Positions 26,282-40,555 of a DNA stretch of 64,000 bases are shown piece by piece. This DNA comes from Basidiobolus meristosporus CBS 931.73 (Eukaryota > Fungi > Basidiobolomycota), in the NCBI GenBank assembly GCA_002104905.1, contig MCFE01000010.1, positions 200,165 to 264,164 of the forward strand. Reading direction: 5' to 3'. The notes under the pieces were generated by a model. The model was not told the DNA's origin. It saw only the letters and a list, made by a program, of their open reading frames with translations, and did not search any database. Positions within the stretch are counted from its first letter, which is position 1, and each line of letters opens with the position of its first letter. The position numbers and the translations under genes are program-made.

Positions 26282-29200
26282 ATGGCTGAAGAGGTTGATG
26301 ATTTTGGAGATCTGACCATTGACGATGACTTTCTGGCTGCTCTAGACAAGATAGAACAGCAAGCAACCTTTACAGCTCCCAAGAGCCGAACCATTCCAAC
26401 ATCAAGTAAAATGGTGCAGTCACAGATAGCTTTCGCCAATATATCCCCACAGAGTACAAAGAATCAGAATATTTCAATAGTGCGCGACTCCGGCGTAAAG
26501 AAGAATATAAAATTACATGTAAAGTTATTCTTTATCAGAATGGCACATCAGTTGGTAACTAAAAGTTTAACGACTTTATCTCGCAATTCACCTAAGCTAC
26601 ACGATGATGGGAGATTGAAGTCGATGAAGCCTACACAAAATGCCGGTGTCTGCAAAAATCCTAAGGTTCAAAAGACTCTTTGGGATATGTTTGACGTTGA
26701 TAGAGAAAGCTCTAGTATGTCTTCAAAGCGCATTAAAAAGTCATCTGTGAGTTTTCCCGCAGTAATGCAGAGTTCCAATGTTTCTAACACTTCGCTCGCA
26801 TAGAGGATGTTTAATCTAAAGCATACACCTGATTCATCCTTGGAAGCTTCTCTCTACGACCCCAATACAATCGATACTTGGATATATCCCACTAATTATC
26901 CTATCCGTGACTATCAGTTTAACATTGTATCTAAAGCATTATTCCAAAATACTTTGGCAGCATTACCAACTGGACTCGGAAAAACATTTATTGCTGCTGT
27001 TGTTATGTATAATCACTATCGTTGGTTCCCGAACTCAAAAGTTGTCTTTATGGCTCCCACTAGGCCTTTGGTGGCTCAACAGATTGAGGCATGTCACAAG
27101 ATATGTGGTATCCCACAAACAGATACCATGGAGCTTACTGGTGCTCAACCACCCGAGAAAAGGAAGATCTATTGGCTTGCAAAAAGAGTATTTTTTTTAA
27201 CACCACAAGTATTACAGAATGATTTGATACGTGGAACATGTCCAGCGGAGAGTATTATATGCTTAATTGTGGATGAAGCGCACAGATCTCGCGGCGATCA
27301 TGCAAATTGCGTAGTAGTAAGAGAGCTTCATTCTAGAAATCCACTTTTTCGAATCCTAGCACTTTCAGCTACACCTGGAACGGATCCATCTTCCGTTCAA
27401 GATATTGTTAACAGTCTGATGATATCTCATATCGAAATTCGAACCGAAGAATCCCTAGATATACAAAAATATACTCATGGCAGAAAGATCGATATTATTG
27501 TGGTTCCTTTTTCCAATGCGATCAATGAGATCTCTCAGCAATTTTGTGCTTGTATGGAGCCTTATATTTCCCGACTGCGCCGAATGCAAGCAATATGGGA
27601 AAGAAATCCGCAAAAAATATCCAAATATATGCTAATATTAGCGCGGAATAAATTCCGAAGTAGCTATTCGGTTATCTCTCAAGATCAAAGAGCTACCGTT
27701 GAAGGAGACTTTGGAATCTGTCTTATACTGACGCATGCACATAGTCTCTTACGTCAACACGGGATACGTTCGTTTTATAATGCACTTGTTGACATGATCC
27801 AAGAAGCAAAGGATGGAAAGAAAATATCTCGAGCTCGTCAAGATTTACTTAAAAACGAGACATTCATTGACTTACTGAACCGCGTTGAAAGCATGCTAAA
27901 CGAGGCTGCATTTAGTGGCCATCCCAAACTAGAGAAACTTGTCTCTTACGTTGTGAATTATTTAAACACCCTGAAAAGCCAAGACAAAAACCAAACGCGG
28001 ATAATGATATTCACAGAATATCGAGAATCGGTTGCAGAGATCGTGAAGGTATTAAATACATGTTTCCCCTTGGTCAGGCCTATGTCATTTGTAGGACAAG
28101 GGTCAAAGAAGACTAAACGAGGCTTCACCCAAAAAGAGCAAATGGCAGTTCTGGAGAGATTTAAGCAAGGTGGATATAATGTGATTGTCTCGACATCTAT
28201 CGGTGAAGAGGGTTTAGATATTGGTGAGGTTGATCTCATAATATGCTACGATTCACATAATTCGCCAATTCGACTTCTGCAAAGAATGGGACGGACTGGC
28301 CGAAAACGCCAGGGCAAAGTATGCATGCTTTTGTCGGAAGGGAAAGAAGAGCAGATGTACAGACAATCCCAAAATTCATACAAATCAATCCAGCGTGCCA
28401 TTGCTAGCGGCTCTAGAATATCTCTATATGATGGCAGCCCGAAGTTGCTGCCAGAAGGTGTAAATCCAGTATGTATCAAGAAGACCTTGGCTATTTCCCT
28501 GTACAAAAAAGATAAGGAGGTCAATGGCATACAATCATCAAACCCTGATCAGAACTCAAGTATGAATACGAATGAAGATGATGATATTCAAAAGCAATAT
28601 ACTCAATTTCTTAACCGGTTTAATAAGACTGAAACTTCCAGTATTTCGCTTACCAAATTTCATAAGCAACAAACCGTACCAACTAAAACGGGGATAGTAT
28701 CGCACTCACAGCGGACAATTGATTTCGTGGACCTTATGAGTGCCATGGAGACGCTGGGATTCATTGGTAACGAGGAAGATCATTATGGCTTTCAGCTACA
28801 AGATTATTTAAACTTGAATAGCACCATTCCCTTGAGAAGGAAGCATCAATTTGAGCCGCTACTGCATCTGAAAACATTTCAATATACAAAAACGAATGAG
28901 CCATCAGCTCATGCAAATACATGCAAGCCTATGCGACATAAGGTTGAAGAAATGGTTCCAGAACTAGAAGATGATGCAGATGACTTTATGATTATGCAAG
29001 GCTTTGAAGGGATCTTCGACGAGAGAGATTCTAAGAAATTATTTATGCAATCACTCTCCCCGACAAACTGTAAAGACTCCAAAGATTCCTTTAACACGTT
29101 GAAATCCAAAAAGGTTGGCTCTACCGAAGACCATCCTATTATGATAGATATGGAATTTATGCAGAATAGCACACCAGGTCAGAAAGACCTTAAAGCAAAC

Positions 29201-29740
29201 ATATCAAATTCATCGCCTAGTTCGGCAACCAATACTGTCACTATAGATGACTCTTTAGAACAAGAATTAGTAGCACTTGTTGATTCCCGCGAATTTATGC
29301 AAAATTATGCCCGACAACCAACCAACCCTTCCAAAAAGCAAGAACCCCACGAAAATACAAATTCATTAATTGGAGTATCCTCACAACAGCCAAACTATCA
29401 TTTGAAAGTGAAGGACAACAGTCCTCAAGTGGAGATCTCAGGTGCATCTAAAGAAACGATTAAGAGAATGAGCAGTTCTTTATCCGAGTTCGCAAATTTG
29501 AAGAAGGAAACCGCGCCAGCCATTCCGACCTTTCCTAGTGACGTGAGATTTGGGAATTGGCGAGAAATTGCCAAGATTCTATCCTCTAACCGGTCAGTAG
29601 AGGATATAAAGCACATCGATAGCAATGTAAAGCCGATGAGTTATTTGAACTCGCATACCGTGAATACTATACCGGTTCCGATGAAGACATCAGGAAACAG
29701 CAAGTTAGATCAGTATAGATTTAAGAGACGCAGATACTAG
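26282..29740 (+). CDS. MPH1: FANCM/Mph1/Fml1 DEAH-box DNA helicase
   Basis: WIYPTNYPIRDYQFNIV, LPTGLGKTFIAAVVM, FMAPTRPLVAQQ, IVDEAHR, LALSATPG, HPKLEKL, STSIGEEGLDIGEVDLIICYD, QRMGRTGRKR. 5' exon(s) in 26282-26806 approximate. Confidence 0.96.
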
Positions 29741-30000
29741 AATGTATCAATGGAAAATGTTGACTCAATATGGCGGAGAGATTTCGTGCTAAATAATCCA
29801 CAACATAAATGGGTTTTTTGCATGCAAAACATGACTCGATTTTAAATGCCACTGTATCTTAGAATTCTTGCTTACCATAAAAATGTAAAGATTCATCTTG
29901 CAGGTCAAAGAATTATATTAAAATTGCAGTAGCAAAAATAAAGTTGAAGATGGTTTGGCTCACAAGCCAATGAGGTTTGGGGATAATTCAATACATCGAT

Positions 30001-31150
30001 TTAGGGCCAATTAAGCGGCTTCATATCGTAGGACTCACCATCTTTTTCCCCATCCTGATAAGAGAATGGTGGTGGTGGTAAAGAAATGGCAGTATTATAA
30101 TGGTGATTGGATAATTGGAATTCGACATCATCCTCCTTTTCGGATGGTTCGTAAAACTTTCCCGAATTTGTGATCCCAATGGTTTCCTGTTTTAATTGAG
30201 CTGATTGCTGTAAAGCAATCTCAACCTGGCCAACAATGTCTTCAAATAACTCCACTTCTTGCTCAGGCAGGCTCCAGGTTTCGTCTCCCGAGTAGATCAG
30301 CACAAATCCTGAGTCTTTCCCGCCGATATTGAAACGCACTCCCATAGCTGACTTGTAGGGGAGGTTGACTCCTTCACCAACCATATCACTGAGGTCCCGC
30401 TTATTCAAGCAACAAGCATACGACAGTGTGGCCATCCGAGATACTACCTTATTATTTGCTGAGATTCTTACCCTCTGCCAGAACAGTGTTTTGTCTGGAC
30501 GCTGCAGCGAGTGATCCCCAACATGCCTGTAGTCCTCGTGTGTGCATACATAAGTGTCCCCTTTATTCATGTAGATGGCGCACCCAATCCCCAGTGTCAC
30601 AGAGAGCTCGAACGCAGAAGTTTGGCAGACGGAGTTGGTATCAAGAGTTCGGCGGATATGCTGAGTGACCTTTCGAAACTTGAGGAGCAGATCGTTTGCC
30701 ATACGAAGTGACTGCTCGTGGCGCATATGCGACCCCAACTCTTCCTCAAGCCAGGCAGCTCGTGCAGGCAGTGAAAATGCCTTTGGGAATACTCTGATCA
30801 AGAGGGTTGCTGTGAGTGTGGATATGACTGCCGTTATGACCTTGATAACACACAGGGCTACATCGGTGTTCGAGAATGGGTTCCACACGGTGACAAGATG
30901 GGTGGCTCCGCATGCGGTGATGAAGGCTTCAAAGAGAAGTAAAACACTTTTGTAAAGCATGGGTAGAGGCAGGGTGAGCGTTCGCTGGAAAAAGAAGATT
31001 TCGATCGGGATGGCCATGTATGAGAGAGAAATAAACACATCCGCCACCATAGTCACCCAAGATAGAGGGTCATTTTCTATTACTTTTGGAACCAAATGAA
31101 TTAGTGGGTGTTCGAGCAAGAAGCTTGGAGATCATACACATACTCTGCAT
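30001..31150 (-). CDS. Ethylene-receptor-like protein: ETR1-type three-TM ethylene-binding domain + GAF, no histidine kinase
   Basis: ADVFISLSYMAIPIEIFFF...FEAFITACGATHLVTVW...IKVITAVISTLTATLL aligns with ETR1 SDFFIAIAYFSIPLELIYF...FGAFIVLCGATHLINLW...AKVLTAVVSCATALML. FRKVTQHIRRTLD matches the GAF start. Predicted start ATGCAGA (31150-31144), intron 31143-31083 (GTATGT...ACTAAT...AAG), giving about 362 aa. Confidence 0.88.
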
Positions 31151-32902
31151 TTGAAGGATATAGTAATTTCCAGATAACGAATTGATGGAGAACCGCAGAG
31201 TCAACGGGACTTTATAGAGATTTCTGTGCTGAAGGAGAGACACTGAAGTAGGCTTTCATCCCAGTGAATAGATGAAATACATTTTATGGAGAGAAAACTT
31301 GCTCTCAAGCTCGTTGGGTTGAAACAACCCTCCTGATACATCTTTTGGAAATACTACTGGCGTCAAATATATCAAGGATCACCTTGATGCTTGAGGTTTG
31401 GGAGTTGTATTACACAAGAGATTTTCATAACGAGGTGCATTGAATATAAAGGAAACACAACATGTATGTGCTATCAATTAGGAGACCAATTCGCTCAAAA
31501 ATAGGAGTATCTGTAGGTCCAGATTAGACTTGATTGTGGAGAAACGGGAATTCCATTTCTTTTCGCTAGCTTTTTTTGTTTAGTCTCAGACAACCCTGAG
31601 ATGAAAGTGGGAATTCACGTAAAAGGCGAAATGACTTCGATAGGAAATATACAATTTGGTAGCTAATCTCCAAAGGCATTCTGAGCCTTATTAGATGGGG
31701 GTTTAATCATATGATGACGACTTGACTGCTCATTGTATTCCTAGTTGCTAGGCAGGTCATATCGATTCCATAATGGCCAGCCTGCTTGACTTTCAATTGC
31801 CGACTGTTTGGAGATAGATTGACTGGGAATGCTGAACCTGACGTTTAATGATATTGCTTTTTAGAGGTGACCAGGTCTCTGTACGGAATGGTGAACGACT
31901 TTGTCCATTACCATATATGATATACGAGTAGGCTTAGGTAAACATTTTAATCCAGGCTCACCCAGAATAGCTCAGTAGCTGCTACAGATCGATCTACAGT
32001 TTTTGTTGCCCAGTATAAACTTGCTTTTTGGTAGACAGGAGAATGGTGACTCAACATCAATATGGCATCTCTCAAGATTATCATTGGTTTATCTTTCTAC
32101 ACTACGAAAATTATTAAGATACTGCTCACTTCTAGACCCCGAACGAAACGTCGCAGAAGCTCACGATACAATATTGATGGGAAAGTGTTAGCCCCAAGGT
32201 AGTAGTGTGATCTATCAAGTAAAAACCATGTCCACCTATTGAAACTGGGATTTCCAACGGAGTTCGTTTCTGGCGAGAATGTGGTGGAAAAACTCAACCA
32301 TATAAAGGTACCTTTAAGACTCTAATATATGGCTACTAAAACGGGCTTGTGAAATTCAATACTGCTTCGCTTTAAAGTGTGTGTAGTAGTTGCTGTAACT
32401 TGCATACAGATACGTAAGAATTTCCGTTGTGAACGCGATAGTAGGAGTCTAAAGTCACCTTTGAGGCTGGCTAACCTGGTGATGAGATAAAGACTCCACA
32501 GTTGTTGAATACGCTTTACTAATTTTATACTTCAAGCAGCCCAGATCTCATAAGATCCTCTCATACATGTCTCCTTTGATAAGTTTAATTGAAGGATAGT
32601 CCTGTTGTCGGACACAGTCAAAAGAATGTTTGTTAGTGACTTCGATGGTATGGCCAAAGATCCATCATCCCTAAACAGATCACTTTAGACAGGATTACCA
32701 AGTAGATTGTATAACTTATGCACAATAATCATTTAATTGGCATTGCTAAGTGATCGTGCATTGAGTCAATCTTAAATTAGAGTATTTGGTGGAAATTTTT
32801 TCCTCTCGGCGTCAAGGTCCATTCGGAAGTCAAATTTAGTAAAATTTGTCTATTGTAACTTGACTTCCCTAGTGACTTACATTGGTGATTTTCAATAGCG
32901 AT

Positions 32903-34394
32903 ATGTTGAGACTTGCTTTAGCAAAGAGAATCAACTTCAGACATGTGTCAAGATACTCGACTACGGTGACAACACCTAGTTTGACCACTACCCCCGAAGA
33001 AACCATCATTCCCCCGCACGAACCAGTTTTGCCTCAAGACGAGGATTTGGAAGATAAAGTGGCTGTAGAAGACAGCAACGAGCCGGAGGAAGAAAAGGAG
33101 GCGGTGGAAGAATTATCTCGTAGAATTAGAAGTCCTTTACATAAATTGAGAGACAAAGTAGGCTTTTGCATATTGTAACAAAGTATCGGTAACCTTGCTA
33201 ACCCCCCGGCTTTGCTTATTCTAGGGAAGCAACTTCTCAGACTTCAAGAGGATTTTAGTGATTGGTGGCGCTGGTGGCGATGGGTGCGTCTCTTTCCTGA
33301 GAGAAAAATACAGGCCCAAGGGACCACCTAATGGAGGCAACGGCGGCCGAGGTGGAAGCGTATTTTTCGAAGCAAGTAAGGATGAAACAAGTCTTGGCGC
33401 TTTGAAACTAAAATACATGGCCGAAAAGGGCGGGAATGGAAAAGGTGCCCTGATGCATGGCCAATACGGAAAAGACCTTACTCTCAAGGTGCCAGTTGGT
33501 ACGGTCGTGAGAGAAATCGACCCACCTTTAAGATATGCAAGGCTATTCGAGCCTCAAGATGACCCGCTCGTTCACTATCCCGGTTGGCAGGAAAAGAATA
33601 CTACCGACGCGAAATACAAAAGACACTTACCAAGAGATAAGCCCGAAATCATTCAGATGGAGAAAATCACACTCGACCTGGACAAGAACAAGGAAGTTCA
33701 ATTGATATGTAAGGGTGGTGAAGGGGGGGTGGGCAACCCTCATTTTGTTACCTCAAACAACCGAAGTCCTAAATTCGCCAAGCGTGGCCAACAGGGTCAG
33801 GTCCGCTACCTTGAATTGGAGTTGAAGACCTTGGCCGATGCAGGATTAGTAGGCTTACCAAATGCAGGAAAATCAACCTTCCTGAGAGCGGTGTCCAACG
33901 CACATCCCAAGGTCGCCCCCTATCCATTTACTACGCTAAATCCATACATTGGTACAATTGACTTTTCGGATTTCTACCAGCTAACCGTAGCAGACATTCC
34001 CGGCCTTATCGCTGGAGCCCACAAAAACGTCGGCTTGGGTCATTCATTCCTGAGACATGTAGAGAGGAGCAAAGTGCTTGTGTATGTAATTGACCTGGCC
34101 AAGGAAAACCCATGGAGCGATTTCGAAACACTCAAGAAGGAGCTAGAGTTGTATAGAAGCGAACTGACACAAAGAACGAGTCTTATTATTGCGAACAAAG
34201 CAGATATCTCGGAGAGAGCCAAGAAGAATTACGCCGAATTTCAGCAACGTTACCCCAATTTAGAAATAGTCCCAATCTCGGCAAAGTACAAGAAGAACAT
34301 CACAAAAGCGACCTCCTTGATCAGAAAATTGGTTGAGGAACAAAAGCAGATTGAAAAAGAATTGCGTCTAAAGGAAGAGCTTGAGATCATTTAA
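32903..34394 (+). CDS. MTG2: Mitochondrial Obg-family GTPase
   Basis: GGAGGDGCVSFLREKYRPKGPPNGGNGGRGG Obg fold; G1 GLVGLPNAGKST, YPFTTLNP, DIPG, NKAD; Arg/Ser-rich presequence-like N-terminus; intron at about 33158-33222. Confidence 0.92.
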
Positions 34395-36121
34395 TTACTT
34401 TCTTTATCTTTCGTAACCACAAGATACCATGCAAATCTCCTCATTTACATGTATATTATGTTTACCCATCACATCTTATCCTCATATACTTACATATGTA
34501 GAGAATTCATGTACTTTTAGGCCTAATAAAGCGCTCATTAGAAGTCAAATGATCCGGAGGCTGGAATGGCTTGAAGAGAAGTCACTATATAAGGGAAACA
34601 AATCGAACGGAGTAATGGACGTGAGAACAGCTGGGAGAATTCGTAAGCAAGCCACACGATATTCAGGAAGAATCAGATTCTATGGGAAACTCTGTGCCAA
34701 TGGGTGCCAGGTAACCAGTCCGATAATGGCTGGGACCACAATGTTCCCTCTAGGCGGAAGAAAATGAAATTCCCCGATTCAACTTTCCAAGACACATCGA
34801 CTGCTGCACTCTGGTCACACCTGGGAAACAACGTGGCTTTGTCATATGAGACATTCAGGAATGAAGGTTCCATCTAGATCGATCCATCGCCAACCTGAGT
34901 AATCTGAACATGATCCACCAAAAGAATGTTCACCCAACCGTTTAAACTAATTGCACCAACCATATTGGTAAACGATAGGCCTATAAGCGGCGACAGGAAC
35001 CAAGAGATGCCAATAAATGGGGATCTGTCGGGAGCATGATCTCACCTTTTGGTCTGAACCCTCATACGACTCACCAATTGTAGTAATAGATTAGTGGTCT
35101 TTATTTCTTATTTTCTCAATTCGGCGGTTGTCATCCGCAACTCGTGCGCAGCAAGCTGCAGAATCCCGCCAAAAATAGACTTGCTCCATAAGTATAGCTC
35201 CGTATGGAAATTGCTCGCTGCTTGATGATGCTGACTTTGCTACTTTGTTTAGCTCAGCAAACAACCTGATTCCTCAATCGTTCGAGCACTATAAAGCATG
35301 GCTGCACATACATTCTTCACTGTCTCAGGCGGCAAATGTGATTCCAGATTGAACAACATATACTAAACCTGAGTCATAGCTCGGTTCACATGACAGCCCT
35401 GATCGAGCTCTGGATGGGATGGCATCACATAGCCGACTCTTGCTCGATTCCAAGCGTTTCAACTGCATCCCCAAACCACCCAATCACCAGAGATCGAGTC
35501 AAGTTCACCTGGGAGTTCCTGGTTGCCCAAAATCCCGTCATCACCTAAATAGAGTACAGCATCTGATACTATTATCAAGCACTTGAGTAAAATAACTGGT
35601 CAAACCCACAGCTCCAGATGCACCAGGATTTATTGGATTCAGCTGTTCGTAGATGGCTAGAAATGGTGATGGTTATATAATTTGTATTCATTGAGGTTAC
35701 TACAAAAGGGTGCCAAAGAAGCCCCTCTTCTGACCAATTATTGGCCATGGTCAGCCATTCTGTAGTGCCAACTGGGTAACCAGCTGGTCTACCGTGGTGA
35801 ATTTGAGAATGGAGACACTGGCATTCGACAAGTAGGGTCTCATCCAGAATTCGTGCTATATGTGCTGATGTTTATTGATCGGTTTGAACGCGATGGTGCT
35901 CAAGAAATCTATCTTCTATTTATGTACAAGGCTTCAGCCAACGCTCTGAACACCGGCGAAGGGAATATCAATAGGGAAAAGTCAGCAAAACCATTAGATT
36001 AGAAAGAGGGGAATGTAGTCTATGTTTTTGGATATACGGGCAAAGAAGTTGGACATAAAAAATCTATCTGTGGACTGTATATATGGTAAAAAGGGTTGGG
36101 TGCTCGGCTATATGTAGATGT

Positions 36122-36592
36122 TCAACGCACCATGTGCAGCCATGGTTTGCTGGTTTTGCGGACAAATCCACGAGTATCCTTGCGAGGGCTGGATGCATGG
36201 CGTGCTTGATATAGAGGGCTGGCCAACAGTAGGATCGATTCGACTGTGGGATAGGATCTGCCAACCATCTCCTTGACGACAGTGAAATAGTGATAACGAA
36301 TCTGGTTACGAACCTCCATGGGTAGTCCGACATTGCTAACTGTGAATCCTCTATTGCTGACCTCTATGGTAAGCTGGATACCATCTAATGTGCAGAAGGA
36401 GAAGATCGACCATGGGATAAATGGGTCCGTTGGATAGTTCATGCGGTGCACTTCCAAAGTATCCTCCAACATTTCTGAGCGTAGGTTACGAAGGAGATTG
36501 ACGACATCTTCACGAGGCGCACTGACTTTCATTGAAGTAGATGGCTGAGGGGGAAGAATCGAACGTTGGTGGCGATCAAAAGGAATGGGCAA
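36122..36592 (-). CDS. Small protein with GSKIP/DUF727-like region
   Basis: CTLDGIQLTIEVSNRGFTV...YPTVESILLLASPLY resembles, from memory, the GSKIP-type pattern (ETxE...LELTxxGxxV...ETVYSLLDxLSPxY). Boundaries uncertain. Confidence 0.42.
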   Translation of the reverse strand: MPIPFDRHQRSILPPQPSTSMKVSAPREDVVNLLRNLRSEMLEDTLEVHRMNYPTDPFIPWSIFSFCTLDGIQLTIEVSNRGFTVSNVGLPMEVRNQIRYHYFTVVKEMVGRSYPTVESILLLASPLYQARHASSPRKDTRGFVRKTSKPWLHMVR

Positions 36593-39500
36593 GTAGGCTC
36601 GTAATGGTGTACAGTCGTAGGGTGGAGACTGCTAGTGAAAATACAGAAGTGAGATCTCACCTGGGAAGATCGGTGACATTATATAAGCAGTGAGGAGGAA
36701 ATTTTCTTCGAATCAGTCCTGGGTAAAGCCATTACCGAATATGGACGGACTATGATTTGGATTTGCTTGTCACTTCTGAGAAATTTTCTCATCAGCTTCA
36801 GGATTTTTCTGAGCAGATTCTCGAATGAACATGATCGGCCAATGATGAAATTGAGTGCCTTTTAGGAACAATCTGACATTGAAATGTGCTATCAGCGATC
36901 CGGTGGAATGAGGTGCAGCTTGTTTACAAGCGGGAGCATCTATTGGTCTAGCACATCGCCCGTCTATTGGGACCTGGCGAGCAGGCGAATAGCCGTTTAT
37001 TACAGGCTATCCACCGGACACAACATGAGTATGGCTCTTGCATTATTACGGCCAGGGAATGCCCGAGTGATTGAGATAAGATGGCCTTGAATTGAAACAT
37101 CGGATTCACCAGGATTTCCCAACGAGGCACCATAACCTATATCGGCAATCCTGGTGGCTACTCCGTCCACTCTAGATCACTCGGATTGAGCCGAGCTAAT
37201 TCATCAAGATTTCCTAGATTTATATGATCGAATATTGCTACAATTATGGAAATCACCAGCTATTGTGGACTTCGTTTTTCTCTCATCGACAAATAGGATC
37301 CGCCCTTGGCCGGGACTGTACTTGGAATGCCCCGCAGGTGGTGTAATCATTTTCCAAAAAAGAAGCACCATCCATTAAGCGTATATTGTATAGAATAAAG
37401 AATAATGAATTTAGAGCAGTTACCGAAATGGCGAAGATGGATTGCTTTGTGAGAGGCGCCAGTGTCTACAAGGTTTGATCAGCATTGCTGACCGAACTAG
37501 TGTGATATCCATCGAATATCCTAGAGGTTGTATTGGCAACTGAAGATGCTCATCGTATATCAGCGTATTCCTATGTTTTCTCCCGAAAACGGGTTAGGGT
37601 GTAAGCGGCCCAAAGGGCATACGCTGCTGGTTGCACCAATTTATGTACCCATTATTATATAGTTAATGACCATAAATATGTCTACGAACAATTAAAATAT
37701 ATGGCTTGCACTATTCAACGCGCCCTATCACAACCTTTAGGTAAATGGTGGTATCGCAAGGCATCCTTCAACCCAGCAGTTGTGTATCCTGTAGCGCTTG
37801 CAGTCATGTTACATCACGAAGTCCATACAAATACATGGCGTATGTACCATTCTACAAACAGTGACATATTCATTTCTATTGATATATCGGCAATTTCGAT
37901 TCGTAACATTATTCTGACAGCTACTCATTAATTCGTATTGAGGAAACATTGACTCGTGCAGCAGATGGATGATCCAAAAAAATCTGCCTGCAGTCAGCTT
38001 GTTAGTATTGCCATTTCGACTTGCTAATTTCCATATCAACCACAATCGAAATTGATATGCATTACGTAGATGCCAGTCAAATGAAATTTCCATCCTAGAT
38101 AGTCCTTGATGACACGGGCTTTGGTAAGCGTTTTCTATATTTCCTGCTCGCAGTTTATGCTTAATTCGTGATACACATGTGATAGAGTTAGGCCTGGTAA
38201 TTATTGTAAGTACGCTCCCAAGCGCCAGTGGCTATTGTAGACATGCTGATCACTCGATGTAGCGCTTAAAACAACGGGTATATATTTCGGGTGGTAGCAT
38301 CAACTTTAAAGTTCGCATGTCCTTCATTATAATTTATGAGGCTAGCATGTATAATGCCCCTGTTGTAGAAAATGCGTTACGTGTTGTTTCAGAAACAGAT
38401 AAAACCATCCAAACTAGAAAGTGCTAAAGATCAGTGGAATAAATTGTGCTTTGACGTACGAGTTTGTCATTGAAGATGGATGAATTTTCCCTTCGACAGA
38501 ATTGTGTAAAATCCACTAGGTGGGTGTGTCATGGAGGATCAAAGTATAAAAACTTCTAGATTACCCTGAGAAGCCTCTAGCTAAAAATGTTCGAAAATAC
38601 CGACAACAGCGATTCCCAATTCCCATTTGAATCTAATGCAAATCTTTGTTGTACAAATAATCCTATGTAAAACTCATCATTTTTAGCGGCTTCTTCAGAT
38701 TTCCAGAAACACCATAATAAAAACCAACGTACTTGTCCTCTACGAGGTTCTCGACTCATCGTTATATTAAGATGCTAGATTAACTCGAAATCTGATTGAG
38801 GATACGTATATATATACTACAAGCGAAGGGTTCAATTCGGAGAGGGCACTTGTCGATGTTCCACATCGTTGGGGATGGCAGAATAGGATGCTTTACGGCT
38901 CTGCATCTCCATTAGGATTGGGTCTTCTCTAATTCATGCTGGATTCATATGATCATGCATTTAGAAACTCTGGCCTCGTGAAGGAAAGACAGGGGTCCCA
39001 AAAAGTGCTGGGGCCAGGTAATGTTGGTAGCGCCAATGCTTGCATCTAAGATGTAGCTTACTGATGGGGGTTGTGGGCAAGCCCAACACGAACAATCCGT
39101 AGAATTATGAAGCTCAGAAACTCGGAGCACGTACAAATTAACTTGTGGCTATTTAGAAGACATTACTTTTACAGAGGTGCCATTGGATTTCAGTGAAGCA
39201 AATGTTGTCCCTCTGTGGTAATAATGGGGTAGGGCTAAGGGTTAAGCCCAATCTGACGATCTTAATTAGGAAGCAACCCTATTCCCAAAACATCCTGATT
39301 TAAGTATGGACAATAATGGCAGGTGCCAGGTTCTCCAATTTTAGATCGCCAACTATTGCCAATAATTATATATATCATGATCTCACGCTGGGTCAATACC
39401 TGAGAAATAAATCTGCCAGATCTGTTTATCAATTCTCCTGAATTGTGGAAATATTGAATAATAATTTTCCAAGCCGCCCAAAAACCCCTAAATTTCATAC

Positions 39501-40273
39501 ATCCTTCCATTTCCTTTCAAACTACCTGTAAATATCTATTATTAAATGGACTTTTTGTAGAATCTAATTAAACTGGGTTTATGTTTAAGTGGATACACCC
39601 GATTATCACTAAATCACATTCAAATCTCAATTCTATTGGTTTCAACAAAAGTTGCCATCAAACATCGAGTTGGAGCTTAGAGGTTCCATTGCTGCGCAGG
39701 GTTTGATTCAGCGCGAAGATTGATCAATTTACTACCACAGCAAAATGCAGCATTCAACTGACTCCCAAGGTATCGGATTCAGCCACAGCTGAATCATAAT
39801 GGTTTTGGCAAAAAACGTTGCTATATAGGAAACCTCTGGTGAGTTCTTGCTTTTCATTCATGCCTTGAAGTACCAACCGAATCTTGAAATGCATGGTTGT
39901 CAATGGATGAAAAATTGAGGATTCGTAAAAGGAATACTAGATGTGCTGGTTCAAGCGCCTTACCGCCAATAGTATGATAGGGGCTACGTGATAATCATCA
40001 TCAAGTGCTCTCACATACGTCGCTATAATGGTTATGCCTTTTTACCCATCAATTCAAATTCTGAAGTGTGGGTATGTATCTCCAAAGTCCTGAATGCAAA
40101 ATAATAAACTAGTATTCTATCAAGATTCTATGGCTGCTTCTGCTAGAGCACCATGACCCTATTGTAATATTTACTATTTCACATCGAATCCCCATGCTAG
40201 TCATTGTGTTAGGTTACACTAACCTTAAAAACAGTGCAGTTTATTGAGGCAAATGTTCGGTGTTTCTGTGGGC

Positions 40274-40555
40274 TTAGTCCCTACACTTGATGCTCTCGAA
40301 TGCGTAGCCAGTTTGGTAGGAGCTTTTGATGTTTTCATGGATGGTGCCGCCAAGGCAGTCAACTCTTCCGTAGATTGCGCAGCTTCCGGTGTGAACTTTA
40401 ACGGAATATCTTGGAGTGACCTTAACACACCTCGCGGCTGTGATAGCTGCACTGTTTCCAGTGATATCAATGTTGTCATAAATGGTGGCGTAGGTCTTTG
40501 CATAGGCAGCTTGGGCAAGTACAAGGGCCGCAGTGACGGCAAAAAAAAGCTTCAT
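40274..40555 (-). CDS. Small secreted Cys-containing protein (93 aa)
   Basis: Clear signal peptide MKLFFAVTAALVLAQAAYA; four Cys in the mature part; TATA-like TATAAA about 60 nt upstream on the minus strand. Confidence 0.75.
   Translation of the reverse strand: MKLFFAVTAALVLAQAAYAKTYATIYDNIDITGNSAAITAARCVKVTPRYSVKVHTGSCAIYGRVDCLGGTIHENIKSSYQTGYAFESIKCRD

Noticed and set aside
26282-29740. MPH1/FANCM, a telomere R-loop and ALT regulator, on the same arm as the telomeric array
   Set aside because: It is about 24 kb from the array among housekeeping genes; no sequence evidence of functional linkage.
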